Below, piece by piece: positions 34,390 to 45,883 of a DNA stretch of 64,000 nt. The notes under the pieces were generated by a model. The model saw only the letters and a program-made list of their open reading frames with translations, was not told the DNA's origin and did no database searches. Made by a program: the position numbers and the translations under genes. Each line of letters starts with the position of its first letter. Position 1 is the stretch's first letter. The DNA comes from Mayamaea pseudoterrestris (lineage: Eukaryota). Where the stretch lies: assembly GCA_027923505.1 (NCBI GenBank), contig BROI01000002.1, positions 496,001 to 560,000 of the forward strand. The letters run 5' to 3'.

Positions 34390-36704
34390 ATGATGCTTGC
34401 CTCTCGTGCACGATCACTCTCATCCTCGCTATTGCGCAAGAGCGCCAATCATCCGCGAATCTCAACTCAGCAAAGTCTTCGATCGCTCAGCACGGCCGCA
34501 CCACTCGTGTCGTTGTCACCACAAGAGCAAGCCTTTTACGAACAAGGCATTGTCGACGAGCGCGGTTTGACAGTCTTTTATACGCTCCATGAAATGCAAG
34601 TCAATAGTTGCAAGGTCTATGCTGAGAAACAACTCTTTGGCACGTTTAGTGAAGAGACGAAGCAGTTCGAGTGGATGACCTTTCAAGACTATGCGGATCA
34701 CGTGGATAAATGTCGAGCCATGCTTAAAAACCTTGGTAAGTAAAAGTCTTTATTGATGGATGATTCGTTTGAGTGAAGATTGAAGCATTGAAATGTTTTG
34801 GGGCAGCATTTCTAGTCATTCGCTTGTACTACATACGGCAGATCTGACGCGAAACTTGCTTCCGTTTCTCATTGTTTGCTATGCTAATGTACTCAGGCAT
34901 TAAGGAATTCGACAAGATTGCTATTATTTCTAACAATCGCTGGGAGTGGGCAACGATTGCAGCAGCGGCCTACAGCTTGAATGCCAACTTGGTTCCCATG
35001 TACGAAGCCCAACTTCCGGCTGATTGGACCTATATTTTGAACGACTCGTCGAGCCGCCTTTTATTTTGCGCCAATCAGGACATTTACGACCGCGTCCAAC
35101 AGCATGTCAAACCAAATGTTCCGACCTTGACGGAAGTGCTTTGCTTGAATGCTTCGGAGGGAGAGCCGCATGCGTTTGCGACGGCCATGGCCAATGTAAC
35201 GGCCGACAAGGACGGCAGCATGATTATTCAGCCAACTCCAGATGACTTGGCCAACTTGATTTACACCTCTGGAACGACGGGCAAGCCAAAGGGAGTTGAG
35301 CTTACACACGAAAACTTTGCGTCCAACGTCAAGGCTGCGGCCCGCACCATGGTGGAAGACCCGAAGGAGTTTATTCTCGAAACGGATGTTAGTTTGGCAT
35401 TTTTGCCGTGGGCGCATTCATATGGACAGACTTGTGAATTGTGGATGAGCATTTCGCATGGAGCTGCCATGGGTATTTGTCGTGGCGTGCCGGTAATCTT
35501 GGAGGATTTGCAAATGGTTCGTCCGTCAGTGCTGTTTGCTGTTCCAACGCTATACAAGAAGATTTACGACGGCGTTCACAATATGATGGATGCGGCTAGT
35601 CCGCTTCGAAAAAAGCTCATGCGTAATGCGCTTGCAGCGGGTCATCAAAATGTTCAAGCCATTCATGGCAAGCGCGCGCCATTGGGAATGATTGAACGTT
35701 TAAAGTTCAACTTGTTGGACAAGGTTGTCTTGAGTAAGATTCGCGATCGGTTTGGAGGTCGTATGCGACATGGATTTGTTGCTGGAGCTGCTTGCCCCGC
35801 TGAAGTCTTGGAATTTATGGACTCGATTGGTATTCCTGTTTGCGAAGGGTATGGTCTTACGGAAACGTCGCCCATTATTTGCATCAACACTCCTGAACAG
35901 CGGTCGGTAGGATACGTGGGGCGTCCCATTGGCGGTGTCACAGTGTACATTATGGGTGAAGACGGAAAGGAGGTTCCAGATGGCCAAGAAGGTGAAATTT
36001 GCTGCGTCGGTCCTAACGTCATGAAAGGGTAAGCGAGGCTACTTGAAGCGTGCCTTGCGTAGCCTAGATTGGTCAAAACTTACATCATTTTAAACATTCG
36101 CAGATATTACAAGAATAAGGAAGCGACGGATGAGGTCATTTCTTTGGCTCCGGACGGCAAGGGGCGCATGTTTCATACAGGGGATCTAGGCGTTCGTGGT
36201 GAAGGAGGCTTTATAAAGGTGACTGGTCGACTGAAGGAGCAGTACAAGCTTGAGAATGGAAAGTATGTCGTCCCAACTCCCATTGAGGAGGCGATTGGCA
36301 TGAGTCGATGCGTTACTCAGGTTGTCTTGTGTGGAGCAAACAGGCCGTACAATGTGGCACTGATCGTGCCTGAGTGGCCAGTCATTCGAAAGGAGATTGG
36401 TGCGGCTGACACTATTTCGGATGATGAATTGGCCAATGACGAGCGTGTTGTTGCCTTGATTAATAGTGAGATTGCCAAGACGACGAGTAAGATGAAGAAG
36501 TTCGAGGTTCCTCAAGCGTGGGCGTTTGTCGCCCCCTTTACGGCTGCCAACAATATGTTGACTCCGAAGATGTCTATTCGCCGCCACAAGGTGATTCAGA
36601 CATACGAAGAGCTTGTGAGTGGTCTTTATGGGAACGAGAAGGTAGTTACCGAATCTGCCGACGGACATGGTGCGAAGGAACACGCTGATAAAGTAGCGGC
36701 TTAA
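34390..36704 (+). CDS. Long-chain acyl-CoA synthetase, probably mitochondrial (introns 34736-34896, 36029-36103)
   Basis: IYTSGTTGKPKGV, FLPWAH, EGYGLTET, GPNVMKG|YYK, FHTGDLG and GRLKEQYKLENGKYV; transit-like N-terminus. Confidence 0.93.
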
Positions 36705-36904
36705 CGACAGCGATTGGAGCAAAAGCGTAGACATGTAAACACACTTATTTTATTATTCATCCGCGTAACTAAGATTTTTGGCAGGGCAAAACTTAGGGTA
36801 CTTGTAATGCCGAGCCACCATCACCAGCACGCATTTACAGTTTATGCAAAAAGCATCATCATCTATCAATCACACATGTGCAGACATACCGATGTAACAA
36901 CCTT

Positions 36905-37640
36905 CTAAATGCCATCGGACCTATTTGCCTGTTCAAATGACCATTCAAAGTTGAGCTTGTTCAATTTTTCAATTCGATCATCGGTGAGATCGGTAATCTT
37001 TCCTTCGTTTCTCTGACTCCATGCGTCGCGTTGAGCTTTCATCCAGGCGACCAGCTCGGCATCTTCATACTGAGAAGGGACGCAAGTATGACTGAAAAAA
37101 GGTAGATTATAATATACGGTCAGTTGAAGGTACTTGTTGATGGTAGTGCATGTTACCGCAAACTTGCAGAGCCAGTACTTACCCGTGCTCCTTTTGGAAC
37201 TCCTCAAGACGAGCATACATTTCATCCCAGTCCGAATTATTCCCCGTCTCGTCTTCATTAATAATAACCTTTTGCTTCTTGGCAATCTGGGGCAACTCGG
37301 TGGACTCTCCGCTTCGCTTGCCGTTGGTTGGTTCGTCGTCGTCGGTATTTCCTTCGTTGCTTGATTCAGCTTCTCCGCCAGTGCTCGAATCCGACGCTGA
37401 CTCTGGTTCCGTCTTTGGTGAGTCGGGTCCGGAATGCATTTTGTCTTGATTCAAAGCAAGTTTCGTCGGAGATGTGACTTTTGACGATGGATCTTCTGCA
37501 GCAGCAGCAGCAGCCGCTGATTCAGTGGATGGCGAACCATCCTCCTCGTTCTTGTTCGTGGGAGATTGGAGCTGCGCATGCTGCTTTCCTGCAGTCGCAG
37601 TGCCACCACCAAATACCTTTGTGTACAGCCAAGTCAACAT
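36905..37640 (-). CDS. Helicase-associated (HA) domain protein (intron 37182-37092)
   Basis: Spliced product reads WDEMYARLEEFQKEHG|HTCVPSQY...LVAWMKAQR...LTDDRIEKLNKLNFEW. Confidence 0.82.
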
Positions 37641-38105
37641 GTGAGCAAGAGATTTGATGAATGGAATGTCTGGTATGTACCGGTAAATTTGCCAAAGGAG
37701 TTTGCGGAGGGAGAAGGTGCGTTCTTTGTGTCATCGTTCGAAAAATCGACGTCGCGGTTGGCGATGTGCAGGCGTCAATTTAGAGTTAAGGGTAGAGCGA
37801 GCCTGTTATTTGTCGCTTCGGCACTCAAATTCTTGACACCTCTTGGTCGTGCATACGACCATGCGCGAGCTTCTCCATTCGACGACCAAATTTGGCAGTC
37901 GATTGACGTTCGGATGAATGTTTCCATGGCTGTGAGCTATATATTGAATATAACATTTGGTGGATGAGTTTCCGGATTGGGATTATTTGCGTAAATTTAC
38001 TGCTAAAGTCGGGCATCAAACTGCCATCAGAAACGCGATAAGCATCACTTGTTCGGCAGACAGAGACGGTGGCTAGTCAGCTGAAAAGCAGCGAGCAGCG
38101 AAGCG

Positions 38106-39266
38106 ATGCACAATGACTATAGAAGAGCATTCCCTTGGCTTACAATAGTGCTTGCAATTCTACAAGCGATGCTCATTCATGCTAGTGAATCACGAGCAGA
38201 CGAGACTCGGTCTGCTCGACGCGCACGTTCCATAGGCACCGCTCAAACGACAGTCTACAATTCATATACGATTTACAATACACGTGGGTGGACGACTTTC
38301 GACTTTTCCGAAACATCAGTAATACGATCAAGCTTGGATCTGGGATATAAAGCGTTTGTTTTGCAGGAATTCAACGACTTTTTCCATGGAGGATCAACAA
38401 TAAATCAACGCCGATTGGCTCTTGCTGGGCAGCCATTGCAACGAGTGGAATACCGAGGCTCGACGGAACTGATTGAGGATTTGATTGCAATCTATTTAAT
38501 GCTTGACGTAACATGTCCAGTTGGAGTCAACGCGACGTGCCAAACCGTCTATGCATCCTTTGCGCTCCAAGCACAAGCAGCGGATGAAGCCACCAACGCC
38601 GATGCAATGGCGGAGTTTGTCGCAGAATCTTTGACGTATCAAACTAACGAGAACCTCGAGTCAAAGTTGAAATACTATTTGATGCAAGTCGGCTTTGATT
38701 CGACTATTCAGGTTTTTATTGCCATGGAAACGCCTCTGCCAGCCGAGGCTGCTGTATTAACCAATGTTCCAACACCTCTTTCTCCACACGGTTTGACTAC
38801 CAGTCCCGTGTATTTAGAAATTGACAATTCACAAGATATCACGATGCAACCAGATTACCAGCCGACTCTTGCTGTAAGCGTCCCAATTCAGCAATCCTAC
38901 GTTCAACCTTCGTCAGTCGCTCCAACCGCCGCCGCCCAAAATTCGTTTGACGCATATTCACCACCCACTGCGACCATTCAGCCTGTCACAAATGCACTGG
39001 CGAGCATAAGGCCGGATGTGCCGTCGCAAGCCCCTGCAGCAACATTAGTTACAAAGGATCAAGTCAGTGTCAGCTCACGCGGATCCAACAACGACGATGC
39101 AACTAATACGACCAATGCTACTGCAACTGAGCCACTGCATGCCACAGCGCACTCACTTGAGGAAACGACGTCCAATAGCTCAGCGGCCTCAACCAAACAC
39201 GGGCTAGCAATAAACCTTGCTATCATGCTTGCAGCACTCTGTTTGAGTCTACAGGCATATCGCTGA
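38106..39266 (+). CDS. Secreted/possibly GPI-anchored Ser/Thr/Pro-rich protein
   Basis: N-terminal signal, low-complexity stalk, and NSSAAS followed by a hydrophobic C-terminal tail. Confidence 0.65.
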   Translation: MHNDYRRAFPWLTIVLAILQAMLIHASESRADETRSARRARSIGTAQTTVYNSYTIYNTRGWTTFDFSETSVIRSSLDLGYKAFVLQEFNDFFHGGSTINQRRLALAGQPLQRVEYRGSTELIEDLIAIYLMLDVTCPVGVNATCQTVYASFALQAQAADEATNADAMAEFVAESLTYQTNENLESKLKYYLMQVGFDSTIQVFIAMETPLPAEAAVLTNVPTPLSPHGLTTSPVYLEIDNSQDITMQPDYQPTLAVSVPIQQSYVQPSSVAPTAAAQNSFDAYSPPTATIQPVTNALASIRPDVPSQAPAATLVTKDQVSVSSRGSNNDDATNTTNATATEPLHATAHSLEETTSNSSAASTKHGLAINLAIMLAALCLSLQAYR

Positions 39267-39525
39267 ACTGCCTCCTGTTGAGATTCCACGTGACACAAAC
39301 AATATTTATATGCAATACTAACCGCAACATCGTATCCGCCTTTGTTGAATAGCTATTGTGGCAAGCTATTCTTTGGCATCAACATGTTGCGAAACAACGT
39401 AGTAATAAATCGATCGAGAGGAGCTGAGGTAGCAGACCTCGCACCGTTACTCACCGGTTTGTTCTGAAAAATTGTGATGCGGTTGTTACAATTGCCTTGC
39501 TGCCAGTCTCCGTTAAAGATCAAGT

Positions 39526-40635
39526 ATGTTAACGTCTCCAGCAAGGCATTCTTATCTTTATGTCGGAGCTGCTGCCTTGTCCACAACAGCTGCAATGTAT
39601 TATCTTCGACGGCGAAGATGCAGCGCGACAAATGATGAACACACAGCCAACCAGACCAACCATTCCGTTATCGCAGAATCTACGAGCACGACCGACAAGG
39701 ATCAGGAGAATGCAAGCGATAGCATCACAGTCAAGCCCATTGGTACTGTCCGATCAATCTATCGCCTGTGCGTGGGCACACCTCGCCAAGGCCTGTTGGC
39801 GCCGGATGCGCGAGGACGTATCGAATTACTACACTTGGACATGGATGCCGTTGACGAGCTGCAGTGCTTTTCGCATATATGGATCGTCTTTGTGTTTCAT
39901 TTGAATACTTCAGGGAAGAAGGAGGCTAGTAAGATCGCTCCGCCTGCGCTAGGAGGAAGGAAAATAGGCGTGTTGGCGAGTCGGTCGCCGCATCGACCCA
40001 ATCCAATCGGGATGACCCTATGCAAACTTGATGGAATCGACGTTCATTATCGAGCAAGAAGCAAGCATCAGAAGAAACCTAAGCGAATTGTTACTCTAAG
40101 TATCTCCGGTATCGATTTGGTTGATGGAACACCAGTCCTTGATATCAAACCATACGTTCCGACGTACGATGCTCCAACTGACGGCGAATACAATGTACCA
40201 TCTTGGGTCAGCCAAGGACTGACGACGAAACGGCCCGTTTCTATATCGGAACAAGCTAAGGAGCAACTGGACTCAATACTTCAGAATGATTCCAACGCTT
40301 TGGAGTTCTATCGTGGCTCTGGTGCCGCGTCAAGTATTTTGCGCTGCATTCAGCAAGTATTGAGCATGGACGTTCGTTCCTCGTATCAAACACTCAAGGT
40401 TCGACAGGGTAAGTCGCAGGCGGAGCGAGCCAAGCGAGTCCAGGAGACGATTACTAGCAAAGAGCCAACGTTAGTGGATGATGATGTCTGCACGCAGCAG
40501 ATCGACAATCTACTCGTTTATTTTAAGGTCACGGAAGCGACTGATGCGGAGCGGGATATTTCAAACGGTAGTGGCGCGGAAGATACGGTGCTTGTGTCAA
40601 GAATTGAGTTACTCGGGCGCGCTGAAGATCAATGA
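39526..40635 (+). CDS. TRMO: tRNA m6t6A37 methyltransferase (TrmO/TsaA family)
   Basis: KPIGTVRS, TPRQG, FSHIWIVFVFH, RSPHRPNPIG and DLVDGTPVLDIKPY. Confidence 0.9.
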   Translation: MLTSPARHSYLYVGAAALSTTAAMYYLRRRRCSATNDEHTANQTNHSVIAESTSTTDKDQENASDSITVKPIGTVRSIYRLCVGTPRQGLLAPDARGRIELLHLDMDAVDELQCFSHIWIVFVFHLNTSGKKEASKIAPPALGGRKIGVLASRSPHRPNPIGMTLCKLDGIDVHYRARSKHQKKPKRIVTLSISGIDLVDGTPVLDIKPYVPTYDAPTDGEYNVPSWVSQGLTTKRPVSISEQAKEQLDSILQNDSNALEFYRGSGAASSILRCIQQVLSMDVRSSYQTLKVRQGKSQAERAKRVQETITSKEPTLVDDDVCTQQIDNLLVYFKVTEATDAERDISNGSGAEDTVLVSRIELLGRAEDQ

Positions 40636-41022
40636 CTCTCTGTAGCATAGATCATTATTGATTAGCTACACGTCTTAAATAAGGTGAGGTAGCTAGAGAT
40701 CATACTCTATTGATGTTCCTAATTCGTGCCAAATTGCTGATGGACCATAAATTTAGCGATTAATGGCCAAGGCATTGAGTATATCTTTCCCATGACTTGT
40801 CGTCCGACAAAGTTGGCGAGAGGCGACTTGCGTTTGTTGAGCACAGCTTTGGGAAACACTAATTCGCTTCCAACATTGCGAAAAATGGCGGCCGATGCAA
40901 GACCTTGCTTTGTTTCATGCTCGCATATTGTCTCTGAATGCTACTATAAGAAGTATAGCGCTCGGTTAATAAGCTGCCATGGTCGGAAGGTTGTCAACGC
41001 CGTTGAATCGTGCAAAACATTG

Positions 41023-43565
41023 ATGCTGCGACATTTTCAAAATTCGCGGACACGCGACGACTGCCATGAAGAATCCCCGAAACCCTCTCGGTGTTCTCAG
41101 CCAAGGAGGCCTCATCCACTATCGATTCTTGTACTGCTACTACTGCAATGCTTCGCAGTTGTTCAGAGTTCAAGACAGTCACGTCGTCGAAGTCTGGCGA
41201 TCGATGAGCTCTCGGGCAATCATGCTTTGTCGTCAACAGGTCATCAATCCGCGCAAAGAAGCTCGATAGAATGCAAAATTGTCATGTTTGACAATCTATA
41301 TCAGGACAACAATGGGCGTTTTTTTACAAAGGAGCATCTTGCGTGCATCCCGATCGTTAATGGTGTTGCGAGCGATCTGGAATACCGCCTCGACCTGCCG
41401 GACAGCATGCCGTACGACCATCGGCAAGAGATTCGACAAGGAAGCTTTTACGTGACGATAGCAAATGCAACAATCACCAAAGACCAACTAATATGGTCTG
41501 TAGCTGACAGTGATCTTATAATATCGATTCGAGAAGATCGAAAGCTTTCCATGGCGCCAACCATTGGAACAAGAACCGTGGCGGTCCTCAAGATTAACGC
41601 TCTGGATGCGTCGCTAGACGTTTCCGTCGCGGACATGAATTCTATCTTGTTTGACTTGAATAATGTCAACTTTGTGTCGCAGTACTCAGCCTGCAGTTTT
41701 GGACAACTTCTCTGGGAGCCTTCTTTGAAAGTAAAGGGCGGTGGGGGAGTCGTCGAGGTGAACTTGCCGCAAAGCATTCTTTCGTTCGATGGACCATCCG
41801 ATGTCGTTGCAGCCGCTCAGGAGCAACTATTGAAGGATAGGCCTGATTTGGAGTCAGCAGCCAGTTTGGCAGACAGTGTCATGTTTTGCATTCCGCCTGG
41901 CTTGAAATCAGGGGACTTTATAGCGAATGCGGGCGTCAATTACTGGCGCGCCAATTTTTACGGGGAATGGTGCTTGTCGCTTTCGGCGACCATGCATGAA
42001 CTCGGTCATAACTTGGGATTGCTGCACTCCAATGAAGTGACGGAGTTATATGGTGATCTTACAGGATACATGGTAAGTGAGTGATTTGTACAGAATGTGA
42101 AAAGTATGCATGGCCTATCGTACGAATGCTCACAATCCAGTGATCATCGTTTAACTTTTAATCAAAGGGCGCCGGATACAAATCAACAAATTGGCCGCGC
42201 AAGGCTTTTAATGCGTTCAATCAGTGGGAATTGCAGTGGTACGAGTCGAGGACACTGATTCTCGAACCTCTGGCAAATGGCCCGACACTGTTTAATCTGG
42301 CAGCTTTCACGGACTTTGATCTTGCGTCGAAGACTGATTACGTCATCATTAACATTCAAGACACATACTTTTTGAACTATAACCGCGCCAAGTCGTTTAA
42401 TATTGACACGGAGGAGAAACGAAACATGGTGACCGTGACGGAACCGTCCGATGCGGGAACTAACTGCCTTGTTGGCTTGATGGCGGGCCAAAGATACGAA
42501 ATTGAGATCCCAAGTGGCGGCAGTCTCATAATAGAAGTCTGCGGAATGGTTTTTGGCAACGTTGCAAGTCCGGATATCGCGGTTGTCAGCGTTGGAATTG
42601 GTGTGACGCTGTGCACGAACGCATCCCTTAATCTACCCGAAGCACCAATTAATCGCGCGTCGTTTGCGCCGCCAGTTGCTTCAAGCGGAAGAGTGTTTAT
42701 CACGGTCGCTACATCGGCTTCTACTGATGCTCCTGCCGTCGTGCCCTCTACGCGGCCGCCTCGAAAAAAGGCTGCTAGGCATAGGCGTAAAAGGCGTACT
42801 CCTAAAAACCATCGCTCCGACGAGTTCAAGCTTGCATACGCTGATGCTTCGCCTGCAAAGTCTCCGTCAACCGCACCAATGGGCGAGGTATTAGAAATAA
42901 CTGTGCCACCCACTGTCATTATCCAATCAGTCACGTTGCAGCCCACACAACCTCCTACTGTTTTGCCAACATCCAGCACGTCGCCATCAGGCACACCAAC
43001 TACAGTTTTTTCATCTTCCGCACCAACATACACAAGCTTTGTTACGAATGAGCCTACAGCAAGGTCTAGCCAACCTTCATATGTGCCTACAGATGTACGT
43101 GCAATCACAGAAGCGCCTTCTAATATTCCCATGCAATCAGCAAGAGCCACACAATCACCGTCGACCGCTACACCTACCGCCTCTACGCAAGGCGGTTCTT
43201 CACTTGAACCAAATGACACAATAGGCCTTCATGACGTTGCACGAATGTCGGCGTTTAACTTTGGTGTGTTGTTTTCCGAAGCAGAAGCGGGTAAGGAGAA
43301 AATTCAAATATCGCTACCGCAACCTGAACTTTCCAAAGAAGCGACTGCTGAAAATGCTATATCTGATAGCAGTGTGTCTTCTGCCTCGTTGGGAACAAGT
43401 GTGCCTGGTGATGTAGACACTGGATACGATGAACAAATTCCCGCGTTGATCATTCCATACAATGTTAGCGATACGAGTGGGCAGCGGGAGTCAAAGTACC
43501 CGCACAGACACTGGGAATGGCTTTTTATTATCATGACTACCATATTCGTTGCTGCAAGTGCGTGA
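41023..43565 (+). CDS. Gametolysin-like (peptidase M11) metalloprotease with Ser/Thr/Pro stalk and C-terminal anchor (intron 42073-42167)
   Basis: MHELGHNLGLLHS (HExxHxxGxxH) and YGDLTGYM|G Met-turn; the intron joins the two ORFs in frame. Start codon uncertain. Confidence 0.82.
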
Positions 43566-44001
43566 TCTACGTAGGTGGTGGCCAGTTAAAACCAAGATGC
43601 TTCTTTTGCACGCGGGCAGTTTTTCGAGTTGCACTTTTACGCTGAGACGCGACAACTTCTCCTGCTGATTGTTACGTCTTTGATCTATAATCGCCGCAAC
43701 TGACTCTCTTTTTGATGTCTGATACGTCGGTATAGGCCGGAGAACGACTGATTCGTAGACTTACACCTAACAGAATATAATTGGCCATGCTTGGGTAGCT
43801 ATGATTGCGTCGAAATGAGGGATAAAGGTTAACCGTACAGCGAGGCTCGCTCGCACGAGCAATTTTTCGTCCAACTGCTATGTAAATCTACACTCACAAT
43901 TTGAATGCGTCCAAGCAGAGAGCGCCGGGCTCAATGATTGCAATGATACAAACACCTTTTTGACCATCAGCATAAGCATTGTACGACGGTCGGCAAGCAT
44001 C

Positions 44002-45639
44002 ATGGTAGCACTACTGGTGTTTCTCTTTTCTTCGAGCAAACTCCCAATCGCAGCAGGATATTCGGGTTCGCAGTCGCTTGCTTCCCCCGTGCGTGTAACT
44101 AGTCTTTCTCCGACAATAATTTCGGTCGACAAGTCCAAAAAAGCGAAGAAAGAGTACAAGCAAGGCCTCGTTCATCAGCAGGATTTTAACATGATATGCC
44201 AAGTAGTTATGACAAGAGAAATCACGACAGCTGGGAACCTCACGCAGCAAGAGTATGCCTCATTCGTATTCGGTTACTGCGACCATGCTCCCAATCATGG
44301 TGCTCAATGTATCAGAAAGAATGAGTTTGATGAGCTTGCCATTCCTTTACAGCTCGCATTTGCTACAGGAGCATGCAATGAAACAAATTTATCGGCAAAT
44401 GAGGCATGCCTCCGACAGATAAAAGAGCATCAAACTAGCATGTCATTTGTTGGTGATGTTCGACAACTTTGCGATGCCACTTATGCCGCAATGCAAGATA
44501 CGGGAATGTTAATCGATACATCAGACATGCCGTCCATTGATATACAAGTGACGACTGCTCCGTCTATTAGGCCCGTCTCAGTCGAGCCGTCGACGCCAGT
44601 TGTCTCCCCTTTGCCGTCATATTTACCCACCTTGGCTGAGACTGTGCTTGAGGACTTGGACATTGCGCCTCCCGTCTCGCTTAATACAACCGACAGTGCG
44701 AAAGCGAGCGAGGGAAGCAAAACTAGTTTTCAAACAATTGCGCCGACTGCGGCTCAGGACGCTGATAATCAGGCCGCTGGAAGCGAAGTCGAAGACTCTG
44801 AAAGTGCACTGATAACCGTCGCGGCAGTGGTTGCGTTGCTGATCGCCAAGGTGATTTTTGTCGCCATGTATGTCCGGTCTCGCAGGAAGAAGAAATGTGC
44901 ATCAAACAACGACTTTGATCCATACTTGCAGGAGCATTCGGCTCTAGGCTCGGAACCAAGTCTTTCCTTGACCTTTGACGAAGGCGACGACCCAAAGAAT
45001 AAGCCTCAGCATCAGTCCCTTTTCAAGCCATGCAAGCAAAAGATAGCCAAGGATCCGCTAGCAGCACCTAGCCTGGAGAGTGAGATTTCTTCTTGTGTTG
45101 AAAGATCGCTGAGTTTGGCCACCAGCATATTCGATGAGAGGTTGTTGCCTATTTACGATGATTGCGAGGCGCTCGATGATGTTGATCTGCTTGTAACAGG
45201 ACTTACTTCGTGTGACGAGAATAACTCACAAGCTGGCTCTGGTACGAAACAGGATCCTATTGCTATATCAAGCGTCCAGAGACGACGCGAGCATTGGAAT
45301 GATTCACTTAAGAGATGGCGACAATCTCGCGATCCTGATCAGAGCCTACTCGATGTTGTCGACCAATATGCAGAGGCAGCATCGCAAAGTGACAGTCACC
45401 TCAATAGATCTTGTACTAGCAGATCTCTTTCCACCGACTCATCGAATACCACAAGTACTGGTAGTATTGACGATGCAGTCAAACAAAGATTTGAACAATT
45501 TGACAAGAAAGTAACGTATGGCATTGATTCACTTCGAAGCGACCTGTCAGAATGCGGCTACTGTGATGAGACTTCATCCTGCGACAGTGCAGATGACTCC
45601 ATATCCATGCATATCAGTCGGCGAGCAGAGAAACAATGA
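44002..45639 (+). CDS. Hypothetical type I membrane protein
   Basis: Signal peptide, Cys-containing ectodomain (FDELAIPLQLAF), P/T/S stalk, TM (ALITVAAVVALLIAKVIFVAMYV) followed by RSRRKKK, Ser-rich tail. Confidence 0.7.
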   Translation: MVALLVFLFSSSKLPIAAGYSGSQSLASPVRVTSLSPTIISVDKSKKAKKEYKQGLVHQQDFNMICQVVMTREITTAGNLTQQEYASFVFGYCDHAPNHGAQCIRKNEFDELAIPLQLAFATGACNETNLSANEACLRQIKEHQTSMSFVGDVRQLCDATYAAMQDTGMLIDTSDMPSIDIQVTTAPSIRPVSVEPSTPVVSPLPSYLPTLAETVLEDLDIAPPVSLNTTDSAKASEGSKTSFQTIAPTAAQDADNQAAGSEVEDSESALITVAAVVALLIAKVIFVAMYVRSRRKKKCASNNDFDPYLQEHSALGSEPSLSLTFDEGDDPKNKPQHQSLFKPCKQKIAKDPLAAPSLESEISSCVERSLSLATSIFDERLLPIYDDCEALDDVDLLVTGLTSCDENNSQAGSGTKQDPIAISSVQRRREHWNDSLKRWRQSRDPDQSLLDVVDQYAEAASQSDSHLNRSCTSRSLSTDSSNTTSTGSIDDAVKQRFEQFDKKVTYGIDSLRSDLSECGYCDETSSCDSADDSISMHISRRAEKQ

Positions 45640-45883
45640 TTATTAGCGTAATAATTCTAAATTATATATATATACATATACGTGTCATCGAACAATTGTG
45701 GCAACCGCATCTACAGCAGACAGCTCTGGCACTTAACGGTCTGCTCTATCCGGCGATCGGCGTCAAGACAATTGTCTTATGCGTTCGGCTAAGAAAGAAC
45801 TTGTAGTAGCTATAGCTAGTTGGTTATAAGTCAATACGAAGACCACTCATCGAAAATATGCAAAAAGGTGAAGCTTGCAGCTG

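Noticed and set aside
34123..36704. Split ORFs in the acyl-CoA synthetase, ARP1, gametolysin, SRPK and PPR genes as frameshifts
   Set aside because: Each break is resolved in frame by a canonical GT-AG intron, unlike the two shifts in GC-PDE paralog A.
45661..45681. (TA)n tract
   Set aside because: Short ordinary microsatellite in an AT-rich 3' region.
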